Assembly: GCA_018713045.1 (NCBI GenBank)
Contig: DVFV01000042.1
Coordinates: 1 to 56,348, forward strand
Origin: Candidatus Coprosoma intestinipullorum
Lineage (GTDB): Bacteria; Bacillota_I; Bacilli_A; RF39; UBA660
Direction of reading: 5' to 3'
Length of the DNA stretch: 56,348 nucleotides
The first letter of the stretch is position 1, and the number at the start of each line of letters is the position of its first letter. The translations under genes were made by a program, and so were the position numbers. The notes below the pieces were generated by a model, which had not been told where the DNA came from, ran no database searches, and worked only from the letters and a program-made list of their open reading frames with translations. Below are positions 26,292 through 35,117 of this stretch, in pieces.

Positions 26292-29200
26292 ACCAAATCG
26301 TATTGGCTTTATCAATTTCTGGCTATATGATGAAGAAGAATATTACTTTGAAGATGGTAAACTTTTATTAACCGGACTTAACGCCAGTGGAAAATCCGTA
26401 ACCATGCAATCATTTATTCCTCTAATTTTAGACGGCAATAAAGCTCCATCTAGATTAGACCCCTTTGGTGGAAAAGAAAAGCGAATAGAAGATTATCTAA
26501 TTGGAAGCTCGGATGGCCCGCAAAAAGATGAATCGACAGGTTACCTTTATCTCGAACTATATCACCTGGAAAAGAAAAAATACATGACAATCGGTTTAGG
26601 TCTTCATGCTAAAAAAGGAAGACCAACTGATTCGTGGGGATTCATCATTCAAGACGGAAAAAGAGTTGGTAAAGATATCTTTCTCTATAAAAGCCTATCA
26701 GATAAAATTCCCTGTACTAGAAAAGAATTACGTGCCAAACTAGGACCTGACAATATTTTTGCCGAAAATGCTAAAGAATATAAAGCCGCCGTTAACAAAG
26801 CATTATTTGGTTTCCCTAACCTCGATATGTATGATGAGTTTATCAATCTTCTTTTGCAACTTCGTAGTCCAAAACTATCTAAAGATTATAAACCAACAAA
26901 ACTCATGGGAATCCTAAGCGGAGTTCTAAAACCACTAACTGAAGAAGACTTAAGACCATTGTCTGAGGCCATCGAAGAAATGGATAAAACCAAAGAAAAA
27001 ATCGAAAAACTTGAGTTTGACGTTAAACAATTATCTAACCTGTTAATTACCTATAATAATTACAATGAAACCATGCTTTATAAAAAAGCCGAAAACTATC
27101 TAGCTGGGTTAACTGACGAGGAAGACGCTCGCCAAAATTTAGATAATCTAAAAAAAGAAATTGAAATAGCAACTAAAAATTTCGAAGAAAATAAAACAAA
27201 ATCACAAAACCTTGAAATAGAAAAAGAATCATTAGAAACGAAAAGAGCTAATCTAGATAGTCGTGACCTTGAAGCCAAATTAAATAGGTTTCAAAATCTA
27301 AATGGTGAAATCGAAGCTGAAACGCAAAGAAAAGAAGAAGTTCAAAATGATTTAAACAATCAGCTCAATAAAATAAAAGATATCCAAAACAAAATTTCAT
27401 CTCTTACTAAAGATAAAGAAAAGAGAGAAATAGAATGTGCCGAAACATATAGTGACATTAAAGATTTGTCCGAAGAAATCAAATTTGAAGAATGTGCGGA
27501 TGTCTTAGAAGATTATAATGAAAATAAAGACATTTTAAATCAGTTTACCGCCCTTAAGACAAGACTAAATAATTATAAAAATAAACTCGAAAACATCAAA
27601 AAAGAAATAGAAACAAAAGAAAAACTTGAAACAAAACGTAACGAAATAGATGAAGAATTAAACCTTCAAAATAAAAACTATTCAGAAATTATTCAAAAAT
27701 TAGATAAAAACAAAGATGAAATATCCGAAGAAATTCTCAATATCAAAGATAAAATTGCCTACCTTGGAAAAACAAACGAAATAATCAAACTAACTTCTGA
27801 CGAAGTCCAAGATATAATAAAACCATTTGAAATTTATGAAAAAACATCATATCAAAATTCCAAACAAAAATATCTAAACTTATCTACCAAAATTAGAGAA
27901 AACTTAATAAGTGAACTATATAAAATTCAAAATAAAATTGAAAATCAAACTGCTAAAATCAAAGAAATAAGTGAAAAATTAGATGAATTAAAATCTACTA
28001 GGGAACTTACATTAAATAGAGATGAAGAAGAAAAACAAACAATTTTAGCTCTAAATGAAAGAAAAATAAAATATGTTGAATTTTATAAGGCTATTGAATT
28101 TAAGGATAACTTAGAAGAAAAAACAAAAGACAAACTAGAATCAAACCTTCTTTCATCTGGACTCTTAAACGCCTTTATTATCAGTGATTTATCACAAGTC
28201 AAAGACTTAAAAGGAATCTTTATTACTAAAGGAAAAAAACTAGAAAATAATTTAACCAAATACTTTAAACCGGTTCACAATGCCGAAATAAACGAAAATG
28301 AAATAATTAAAATCTTAGAAAGCATAAGTACTGACCAAAATGCCGAAATAACTTTAAATGAAAATTATTTCCAAGTAAACTTTATGCGCGTTCAAGGATC
28401 ATCTCGTCATAAAAGTGCCTACATCGGTATTCTTGCCCGCGAGAAAGCTAAAGAACTTAAAATTAAAGAAATTGAAAAACAAAAAGAAACCGAAGAAGAC
28501 ATTTTGAAAAACCTTGAAAAAATAAAATCCGCAAAAGAAATAGAAATAACAAAATCTGAAGCCGAAGAAAAGTTATTCCCGCAACCTGACACCTTAGATA
28601 ACTTAAATCAAAATCTATATAATCTAAATATTCATCTAGAAATAATAACCAAGCAGAAGGCCGCAACCGAAACAAAACTCGAAAACATCGAAACTCAAAT
28701 AGAGACTATCTTTAAAAGATTAATGGAATTAAAGAAAGACCTAAACTTTCCACTTTATTTAGAAACATTTACCGAAGCAATCGAGAATACAAATATTCTA
28801 ATAAATACGGTATCTGACTTTGCTGTTAGGTTAAATAGCCTAAATACCCTTGCCGAACAAATTGCTTCCGCAAATGAACAAATATCTGAAAGAACATCTA
28901 TGGCTGATGATTTAAGTCAAAATCTCGCGCATATAACCTCATCGTTAACTAAAAAAGAGTATGAAAGACAAGAACTAGATAAGATTCTAAATTCAGATGA
29001 ATATAAAGATTTATCTGCTCAAATAATAAAGTTAGATAAAAGACTTAAAGAAATTGACGAAGAAAGACTAAATATAAAAGAAAGCTGTGGAAAACTTGCT
29101 GAATCTTTAGAAATAAAAAAACAAAGGCAAACACTACAAGAACAGGAAATTGAAAAAGTTCATTTTCTTACAACTCTTAAAGAAGAATTTTTCAAAAAAG

Positions 29201-30345
29201 AATACGAGTTACACTACGTCGAAGACCTTCCTTTTGAAAACCATAAGATATTAGCCAAAAAAATTATTACAAAATTATCCGCACGGAAATACAGTGATAG
29301 TCAAAACGTTACCGATAATTATTATAAAGCTTATAATGATTACCGCACTGCGTTAAACGATTATCATTTAAATAGTAAAATTATCTTTACCAAGGAAGAG
29401 GTAAATTCGAGATTCTTAGATGTTAAAACCTTAAATGAATTATATTCTCAAAATACTCGTGCTGATTTAACTGCTATGTATCAAGGTAAAATTTTAAATA
29501 TCTACTCCCTTTCTAAGGCTCTAACCGATGCCATTGATGAAAACAATCAGATAATTAGTGAACAAGATCGTCACTTATTTGAGGAAATTTTACTTAAAAC
29601 TGTAGGGGCTAAAATCAGAGAGCGAATTGAATCAAGTCGTAACTGGGTTAAAGAAATAAATCAAATTATGAAGAAAATGCAAGAAGGAAGTAGTCTTTCA
29701 TTCGGCCTTGAATGGCGAAGTAAAAGCGCTGAATCGATGGACGAACTTGAAACTAAAGAACTTGTAAGAATCTTCCAAATTGATGCTAGTATGGTTACCA
29801 AAGAAGACAGTGATAAACTCATAAACCACTTCCGTTCAAAATTAAAAAGACTTACTGAAATGAACAATGATAGTGATACCTATTCATCTGTAATATTTGA
29901 AGTCTTAGACTATCGTAACTGGTTTGAGTTTAAAATGAATTACCAAAGAACTGGTGATACTCGCAAAGAACTAACTGATAAAGTATTCTCAATCTTTAGT
30001 GGTGGTGAAAAAGCCAAAACCATGTATATTCCTCTGTTTGCCGCTGTTTATGCGAAACTTATGAGTGCTAAAAAAGATGCCCCAAGATTAATCGCCCTAG
30101 ATGAAGCATTTGCCGGAGTAGACGATACTAATATTAGAGAAATGTTTGGAATCTTAGCTTCATTAAGCCTCGATTATATCTTAACCTCACAAGCTTTATG
30201 GGGTGACTATGACACAATAAAGGGTCTTGCCATCGCTGAACTTATAAGACCAGATAATGCTCAAGTCGTTAGTGTTAGGTGGTACCGCTGGAATGGAAAA
30301 ACGAGAGAAAGAATTAACGACAAGGAAATCTTAGATGCTTCATGA
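26281..30345 (+). CDS. jetC: Wadjet JetC (TIGR02680-type SMC-like ATPase)
   Basis: ~1354 aa. Walker A GLNASGKSV, very long coiled-coil middle, C-terminal FSGGEKAKTMY signature and Walker B RLIALDEAFAGVDD. GGAGGTG RBS before ATG 26281 (track start GTG 26272). Confidence 0.9.
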   Translation: MNYKPNRIGFINFWLYDEEEYYFEDGKLLLTGLNASGKSVTMQSFIPLILDGNKAPSRLDPFGGKEKRIEDYLIGSSDGPQKDESTGYLYLELYHLEKKKYMTIGLGLHAKKGRPTDSWGFIIQDGKRVGKDIFLYKSLSDKIPCTRKELRAKLGPDNIFAENAKEYKAAVNKALFGFPNLDMYDEFINLLLQLRSPKLSKDYKPTKLMGILSGVLKPLTEEDLRPLSEAIEEMDKTKEKIEKLEFDVKQLSNLLITYNNYNETMLYKKAENYLAGLTDEEDARQNLDNLKKEIEIATKNFEENKTKSQNLEIEKESLETKRANLDSRDLEAKLNRFQNLNGEIEAETQRKEEVQNDLNNQLNKIKDIQNKISSLTKDKEKREIECAETYSDIKDLSEEIKFEECADVLEDYNENKDILNQFTALKTRLNNYKNKLENIKKEIETKEKLETKRNEIDEELNLQNKNYSEIIQKLDKNKDEISEEILNIKDKIAYLGKTNEIIKLTSDEVQDIIKPFEIYEKTSYQNSKQKYLNLSTKIRENLISELYKIQNKIENQTAKIKEISEKLDELKSTRELTLNRDEEEKQTILALNERKIKYVEFYKAIEFKDNLEEKTKDKLESNLLSSGLLNAFIISDLSQVKDLKGIFITKGKKLENNLTKYFKPVHNAEINENEIIKILESISTDQNAEITLNENYFQVNFMRVQGSSRHKSAYIGILAREKAKELKIKEIEKQKETEEDILKNLEKIKSAKEIEITKSEAEEKLFPQPDTLDNLNQNLYNLNIHLEIITKQKAATETKLENIETQIETIFKRLMELKKDLNFPLYLETFTEAIENTNILINTVSDFAVRLNSLNTLAEQIASANEQISERTSMADDLSQNLAHITSSLTKKEYERQELDKILNSDEYKDLSAQIIKLDKRLKEIDEERLNIKESCGKLAESLEIKKQRQTLQEQEIEKVHFLTTLKEEFFKKEYELHYVEDLPFENHKILAKKIITKLSARKYSDSQNVTDNYYKAYNDYRTALNDYHLNSKIIFTKEEVNSRFLDVKTLNELYSQNTRADLTAMYQGKILNIYSLSKALTDAIDENNQIISEQDRHLFEEILLKTVGAKIRERIESSRNWVKEINQIMKKMQEGSSLSFGLEWRSKSAESMDELETKELVRIFQIDASMVTKEDSDKLINHFRSKLKRLTEMNNDSDTYSSVIFEVLDYRNWFEFKMNYQRTGDTRKELTDKVFSIFSGGEKAKTMYIPLFAAVYAKLMSAKKDAPRLIALDEAFAGVDDTNIREMFGILASLSLDYILTSQALWGDYDTIKGLAIAELIRPDNAQVVSVRWYRWNGKTRERINDKEILDAS

Positions 30346-31567
30346 ATATTTTCAAAGCCATAAAGGTTTTGCTAGATTATTTAACCTTTTAAAACAAAAA
30401 TACATCTCTCTAAATCGTTTCTCCGGAACAGTCACTTTAAAAGACGTAACTAAAGAAGAAAGTATAGATTTAAGTAATTTCTTTGGTAAAATGGTAAAAG
30501 AAGGAACTGACTTTAGAACCTCATTTTCTAAAATTGAGAAAAAACTAAAAGAAACTAAATATGCAAATTTTACTTGGGAAGAACTATTTAATAATTACTT
30601 TGAAGAAAAAATAATAACAAAAAAAGATCTAAAACAAAAATTTAATGTCGAAGAAGATAAGTTTTATCAAAACGTATTATCAAATACTCCTGTAAATTTA
30701 AAAGAATGGTTTAAAAACATCTTAAAAGATAAAAATATTCATCAAACGTTTGTTAAAAATTATAAACAAAACAAATCAAAATTTTATGAAGAACTTCTAA
30801 ATGTCTTGAAAATAATTAATTTCACTCTAAAAAAAGAACCCATTTCATTAGTAATGCTCGCATCATATTCTCTAAATCCCCATTTCTTAGACTTTGGAAC
30901 TAAAACAAGTAACCTTTATTTTAAACTACTTTCAAACCTTACAAATAAAGAAGAACCAAAAACATCTGGCGAAAAAATAAAGTTCTTATCCTTATTTAAT
31001 ATTTATATCGATACAATATCCAATTACGTTACTATTTATAACTTAGAAAGTGATAGTCCCCTTATAAATAACTTTACTAAAGAAAAAGAACCATTAAACT
31101 TAAGCTTAAGTAATCTTTCTAAAATAACTAAAATCGATACTAAATTAAAAAAAGTCTTTGTCTTTGAAAACCCCTCTATTCTTCCTTACTTAAAAAAATA
31201 TGATATTCCTATAGTTATTGGTTCAGGAAACCCTAATTATGCTTTTTATAAAGTCATTGAAAAATTAGTAGAAAGTAAAAACGAAATATACTATAACGGT
31301 GACCTAGACCCAGAAGGTCTAATTATTGCCAGTAATATCTATCAAAATTTTCCTCAAACAAATTTTTTTGGCTATAACAAAGCAGATTATCAAACCTCTA
31401 AGTCCAAAAATAAAATATCAGAAAGCAGGTTAAAAAAACTAGATAATATTAATATTCCAAACCTACAAGAAATAAAAGAACTATTAAAAAAAGAAAAATA
31501 TGCGGCTTATGAAGAAAAAAACATTCAAAATATTGAGAAATTCATAAAACAAAATCTAGGTAAATAA
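30335..31567 (+). CDS. jetD: Wadjet JetD (TIGR02679/DUF2399-type Toprim nuclease subunit)
   Basis: 410 aa; overlaps jetC by 11 nt. C-terminal Toprim-like VFVFENPS ... YYNGDLDPEGLIIA. Confidence 0.85.
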   Translation: MLHEYFQSHKGFARLFNLLKQKYISLNRFSGTVTLKDVTKEESIDLSNFFGKMVKEGTDFRTSFSKIEKKLKETKYANFTWEELFNNYFEEKIITKKDLKQKFNVEEDKFYQNVLSNTPVNLKEWFKNILKDKNIHQTFVKNYKQNKSKFYEELLNVLKIINFTLKKEPISLVMLASYSLNPHFLDFGTKTSNLYFKLLSNLTNKEEPKTSGEKIKFLSLFNIYIDTISNYVTIYNLESDSPLINNFTKEKEPLNLSLSNLSKITKIDTKLKKVFVFENPSILPYLKKYDIPIVIGSGNPNYAFYKVIEKLVESKNEIYYNGDLDPEGLIIASNIYQNFPQTNFFGYNKADYQTSKSKNKISESRLKKLDNINIPNLQEIKELLKKEKYAAYEEKNIQNIEKFIKQNLGK

Positions 31568-31579
31568 ACCCAGATTTTA

Positions 31580-31608
31580 TTGTTAATTATATATATATTC
31601 TGTATAAT
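31580..31608 (+). promoter_or_regulatory. sigma-A promoter for the cluster downstream of Wadjet
   Basis: TTGTTA (31580-31585), 17 nt, TATAAT (31603-31608), directly preceded by TG. Confidence 0.55.
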
Positions 31609-31626
31609 TAAATTGAGGAGATGCCT

Positions 31627-31989
31627 ATGTCTAAATCAGATTATTTCTATATTTATAATGACCAAAAACAACAAGAAGAATTAAACAAAGTCTATGATGC
31701 CACTGAAAAAAGATTAAAACCCTATTATAAAGAAAATGAAAAATATCTTGATACGTTTAAAATTTTTCTTGAAAAAAAGAAATTAGGAAAAGACTCAGCC
31801 GAAGACATGCTAAGCCATGCCGTATTATATATTGATAACTTTTTAAACTATTATGGTCATATTAGAATGGAAGATGGCATGAGTGAAATATCTAACTTTT
31901 TTGAAAAAAGGATTTATGAGATAGATATTGACTTAACTGATATTTCCTTAAAAAAATATCAAAAATTGTGTAAAACAATAAAAAAATAA
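31627..31989 (+). CDS. hypothetical protein, a stand-alone paralogue of the N-terminal domain of the next gene
   Basis: ~120 aa; GAGGAG 6 nt before ATG 31627. YLDTFKIFLEKKKL..NFLNYYGHIRMEDGMS..KKYQKLCKTIKK aligns with YIEQFEMWLKENKI..NYLTANGIVKMEDGPS..KTYTNMCDTIDK of ORF 32100. Confidence 0.55.
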   Translation: MSKSDYFYIYNDQKQQEELNKVYDATEKRLKPYYKENEKYLDTFKIFLEKKKLGKDSAEDMLSHAVLYIDNFLNYYGHIRMEDGMSEISNFFEKRIYEIDIDLTDISLKKYQKLCKTIKK

Positions 31990-32099
31990 TATGTCCAATT
32001 GGATTAAAAAATAAGAAGATTTTCGAAAAAAGGTATAATTAAGATAAGTTAAATATATTTTTAAATTATTTTGGGATAATGGGAAAGAAGGAGTAAATA

Positions 32100-33044
32100 A
32101 TGACATTTGAAAGTTACCGGAAAAAAGTTATGAAAAATGATAGGAGAAATTATAAATATATTGAACAGTTTGAAATGTGGTTAAAAGAAAACAAAATTTC
32201 TGCAAGACAAATAGATGATTATTTTAGCTTAAATTTATTTCTTAATAATTATTTAACTGCTAACGGAATTGTCAAAATGGAAGATGGTCCAAGCAAAGTC
32301 CCATATTATTTGGAAGTATGGTTTTGGAAATATGCCTATCAACCTAATGAAAAAAATTTTAAAAATTCAATTGAAACTCTAAAAATTTTTTATGAATATA
32401 TATGCACATTAGGTAAAATTGATGAAAAAACATATACAAATATGTGTGACACAATAGATAAAAACATGGCCATATGGTTAAAACAAAAAGGTAAAATCAA
32501 ACAGTCCCTAATTACTAAAAAAACATTAAAACCTCAAAAGTATAAAATAACAGCTTACCTTCATGAATATAAAAAAGAAATATATCGAATATATATGGTT
32601 AATGATAATATGACGATAAGTAATTTTTGTGAAGCCGTAATTTTAAGTATGAATGGTGACCTTAGTCACTTATATGAAATGAATTATAAGTATGGAATCT
32701 ATATCTGTGACTATATGAATGAAGAAATGCCTTATGAGCACAAAATGGAAAATATAACCTTAAAAGATTTATCTTTAAAGTCCCAGCAAAGATTATACAT
32801 AAGATATGATTTTGGTGACGAATGGATATTTGAAATAAAAATCAATAAAGTATTTGATGGCCATGATTCTAAACAAATAATCTTACTTGAAGGCAAAGGC
32901 TGTGGCATTGAAGAAGACAGTGGTGGGCCACATAATCTATATGAACTCATTAGTGATAAAGATAATGAATGGGGATATAACTATAACTCTTTTAACTTGG
33001 ATGAAATCAATAAAATGTTAGATAAAAGATATAATAAATCTTAA
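32100..33044 (+). CDS. plasmid pRiA4b ORF-3-like (PRiA4_ORF3 / IS1096 TnpR-passenger type) domain protein
   Basis: 314 aa. The C-terminal half carries the family hallmark YIRYDFGDEWIFEIKI. The N-terminal domain is shared with ORF 31627. AAGGAG RBS. Confidence 0.7.
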   Translation: MTFESYRKKVMKNDRRNYKYIEQFEMWLKENKISARQIDDYFSLNLFLNNYLTANGIVKMEDGPSKVPYYLEVWFWKYAYQPNEKNFKNSIETLKIFYEYICTLGKIDEKTYTNMCDTIDKNMAIWLKQKGKIKQSLITKKTLKPQKYKITAYLHEYKKEIYRIYMVNDNMTISNFCEAVILSMNGDLSHLYEMNYKYGIYICDYMNEEMPYEHKMENITLKDLSLKSQQRLYIRYDFGDEWIFEIKINKVFDGHDSKQIILLEGKGCGIEEDSGGPHNLYELISDKDNEWGYNYNSFNLDEINKMLDKRYNKS

Positions 33045-33080
33045 CAATTACTAAACATAAATGTTACAAGGAGAACTATA

Positions 33081-33740
33081 ATGGAAAATAAAATAAGTGA
33101 CATTCAAAAATTAAAACAAATATATACTAATAAATTAGAAAATATAAGAAAAAGTAAGCTAAGTGAAAACACAATTAAAGATTATGCCGCCTTTGTAAAC
33201 CAAACGCTTGAAAATGTAAACACCGAAAGTAAAGATGAAAAGTACAGATTTTTCGAATATCTTACCATTGAAGTTTGTAATATAGGCCTTTACAATAGCT
33301 TAAGCGAAAAAGAAGAAATCATTGAAAATATATATAAACATTTTAAACAAATATTTACTGATGATAAAATCTTTGAAAAATATCTAAATTTAATCAAAGA
33401 AATATTTATTGAAAATAAATATCCTTACTTTGAAATGCAAGATAAAATATTAGGTTTATTACTTGAAATGCTAAAACAAAATGGTAAAGTAGATAAAACA
33501 ATAAACTTTTTAAAAAAAGAATTAAATCAAAAAGAGTCAGATGCTTTAGCTATTTTTCTCCTTAAATTGATAAAAAAATATAAAGGAAAAAATAAAGCCG
33601 TAATTGAAGCTGAAAAATATCTATATTCACCGCAGATTTGTGATTACCTTATAAAATACTACCAAACCAATCCAAACAAACTACGGCAAATACTTGCAAG
33701 AATAATAAAAGAAGGAAGTGATGAATTACATGAAAAATAA
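33081..33740 (+). CDS. hypothetical helical protein (219 aa)
   Basis: AAGGAG RBS; overlaps the next gene. No family recognised. Confidence 0.5.
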   Translation: MENKISDIQKLKQIYTNKLENIRKSKLSENTIKDYAAFVNQTLENVNTESKDEKYRFFEYLTIEVCNIGLYNSLSEKEEIIENIYKHFKQIFTDDKIFEKYLNLIKEIFIENKYPYFEMQDKILGLLLEMLKQNGKVDKTINFLKKELNQKESDALAIFLLKLIKKYKGKNKAVIEAEKYLYSPQICDYLIKYYQTNPNKLRQILARIIKEGSDELHEK

Positions 33741-34542
33741 ATATAAGTCAAATATTTTAAAAAAATATAATAACCTATTTAATGAAACAATAAAAAAACG
33801 TGGACTTGATTATTACAAAGAAAATAAAGTTATTTACTGTCAAAAAATACATAATAAATACATTGCTAAAGTCTATGGCTCATATGATAATAATTATAAA
33901 GTAATTATTGAATTTGTCGGAAATACCTTAAACCTATCATGTACATGTCCTTGTGAATTTAATTGTAAACACGAATACGCTACTCTTTTGACAATTAAAA
34001 ACCGCGAATATCAAATAGTTAAATTGAAAAAAGAGATAAATAAATATCGCGAATCACTTTATAATGAAATTCAAAAAATACCAGCTAATGAATTAAAAGA
34101 ATATTTTAGCAAAAATCTTTCAAACCTAGTTAATTTTAATAAAAACAATTTCGAAGAAACTTTCTCAAAATACTTGAAAGGTCAAAGTTATAATTACTAT
34201 TATAATAACCTTTATAATGCAATCATTACAAACGAAAATTATTCACTACTAATTTATAAATATAAAGATGATATCATAAACCGATTAGTTGGGCATAATT
34301 ATCGTGATGCTTATAATATAATAAAAGCTATAATAAATGCCTTCATTGATACAGATAAAATAAATAGTATAGATGTATTTAAAACAATAGAATCATTATC
34401 CTCATATCAATATCTAATAGTTAAAGAAGCGGATTTTAAATTAATTCAAGATATTAAATCATGGTATAAATATATTAAAAGAAATAAATACTTCAATAGT
34501 CCAGTCTTAAATATATTTGTTTTAAAAAATTATAATAAATAA
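33718..34542 (+). CDS. SWIM zinc-finger protein
   Basis: CTCPCEFNCKHEYA fits the SWIM CxCxnCxH signature. The start is ambiguous (GTG 33718, ATG 33721 or ATG 33730). Confidence 0.7.
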   Translation: MMNYMKNKYKSNILKKYNNLFNETIKKRGLDYYKENKVIYCQKIHNKYIAKVYGSYDNNYKVIIEFVGNTLNLSCTCPCEFNCKHEYATLLTIKNREYQIVKLKKEINKYRESLYNEIQKIPANELKEYFSKNLSNLVNFNKNNFEETFSKYLKGQSYNYYYNNLYNAIITNENYSLLIYKYKDDIINRLVGHNYRDAYNIIKAIINAFIDTDKINSIDVFKTIESLSSYQYLIVKEADFKLIQDIKSWYKYIKRNKYFNSPVLNIFVLKNYNK

Positions 34543-34597
34543 AAAATGACAAAAGGTTATCATAAAAACTGATTTATAACTATAATATTTTAAGCAA

Positions 34598-34639
34598 TAA
34601 AAAAGGACGAGGTACGGGCATTAGCACCGTAGCAAGTCC
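34598..34639 (-). terminator. minus-strand rho-independent terminator in the long intergenic region upstream of metK
   Basis: GC-rich hairpin GGAC..TACGG/CCGTA..GTCC (34605-34639). On the minus strand it is followed by TTTTTTATT (plus-strand A run 34599-34604). There is no T run on the plus strand. Confidence 0.55.
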
Positions 34640-34715
34640 AAATATAATGTATCACAATCTTATACCAATTTCAAGTTCAATATTTTTAATAATCTAATTA
34701 ATTTCCAAAATAAAT

Positions 34716-34892
34716 TTAAATACTAGTTGGAGCTAAAAATGAAAAGTAAGGAATATTTCTTAAAATAACATATACAATAAGTAACACAATTATAATATAC
34801 CAGGCAACCTCCGGTATTTTTCTATAAAATGACTTGTCTTTTCTAACAATACAATCAAAATATAAGACTAATGCAAAAGTTGTACATGACAT
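34716..34892 (-). CDS. possible 58-aa hydrophobic peptide (weak call)
   Basis: MSCTTFALVLYFDCIVRKDKSFYRKIPEVAWYIIIVLLIVYVILRNIPYFSFLAPTSI. One clear TM segment, and it lies upstream of the minus-strand terminator, but has no Shine-Dalgarno. Confidence 0.25.
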   Translation of the reverse strand: MSCTTFALVLYFDCIVRKDKSFYRKIPEVAWYIIIVLLIVYVILRNIPYFSFLAPTSI

Positions 34893-35117
34893 TCTAATTA
34901 AAAATTATTATGAAATTGTAATAAAAATTTAAACATACTTGTAATCACGCAGCCTGGGCAATATAACCTTGTTAACTATTTTATCGAACATGGTATATAA
35001 ATATCAAAATAATTACCTGTAATCAAATATAAGCCAAATATAAAAAAATTAGACATGTTAATAACTAAAAAAGTAACAAACATAAATAAAAATGCTATAA
35101 TGATAAAGAAAGGTAAG

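Noticed and set aside
34543-35117. SAM riboswitch (SAM-I or SMK box) upstream of metK
   Set aside because: No sequence resembling the conserved SAM-I core, and no SD-sequestering SMK helix. The only stable hairpin is oriented as a minus-strand terminator.
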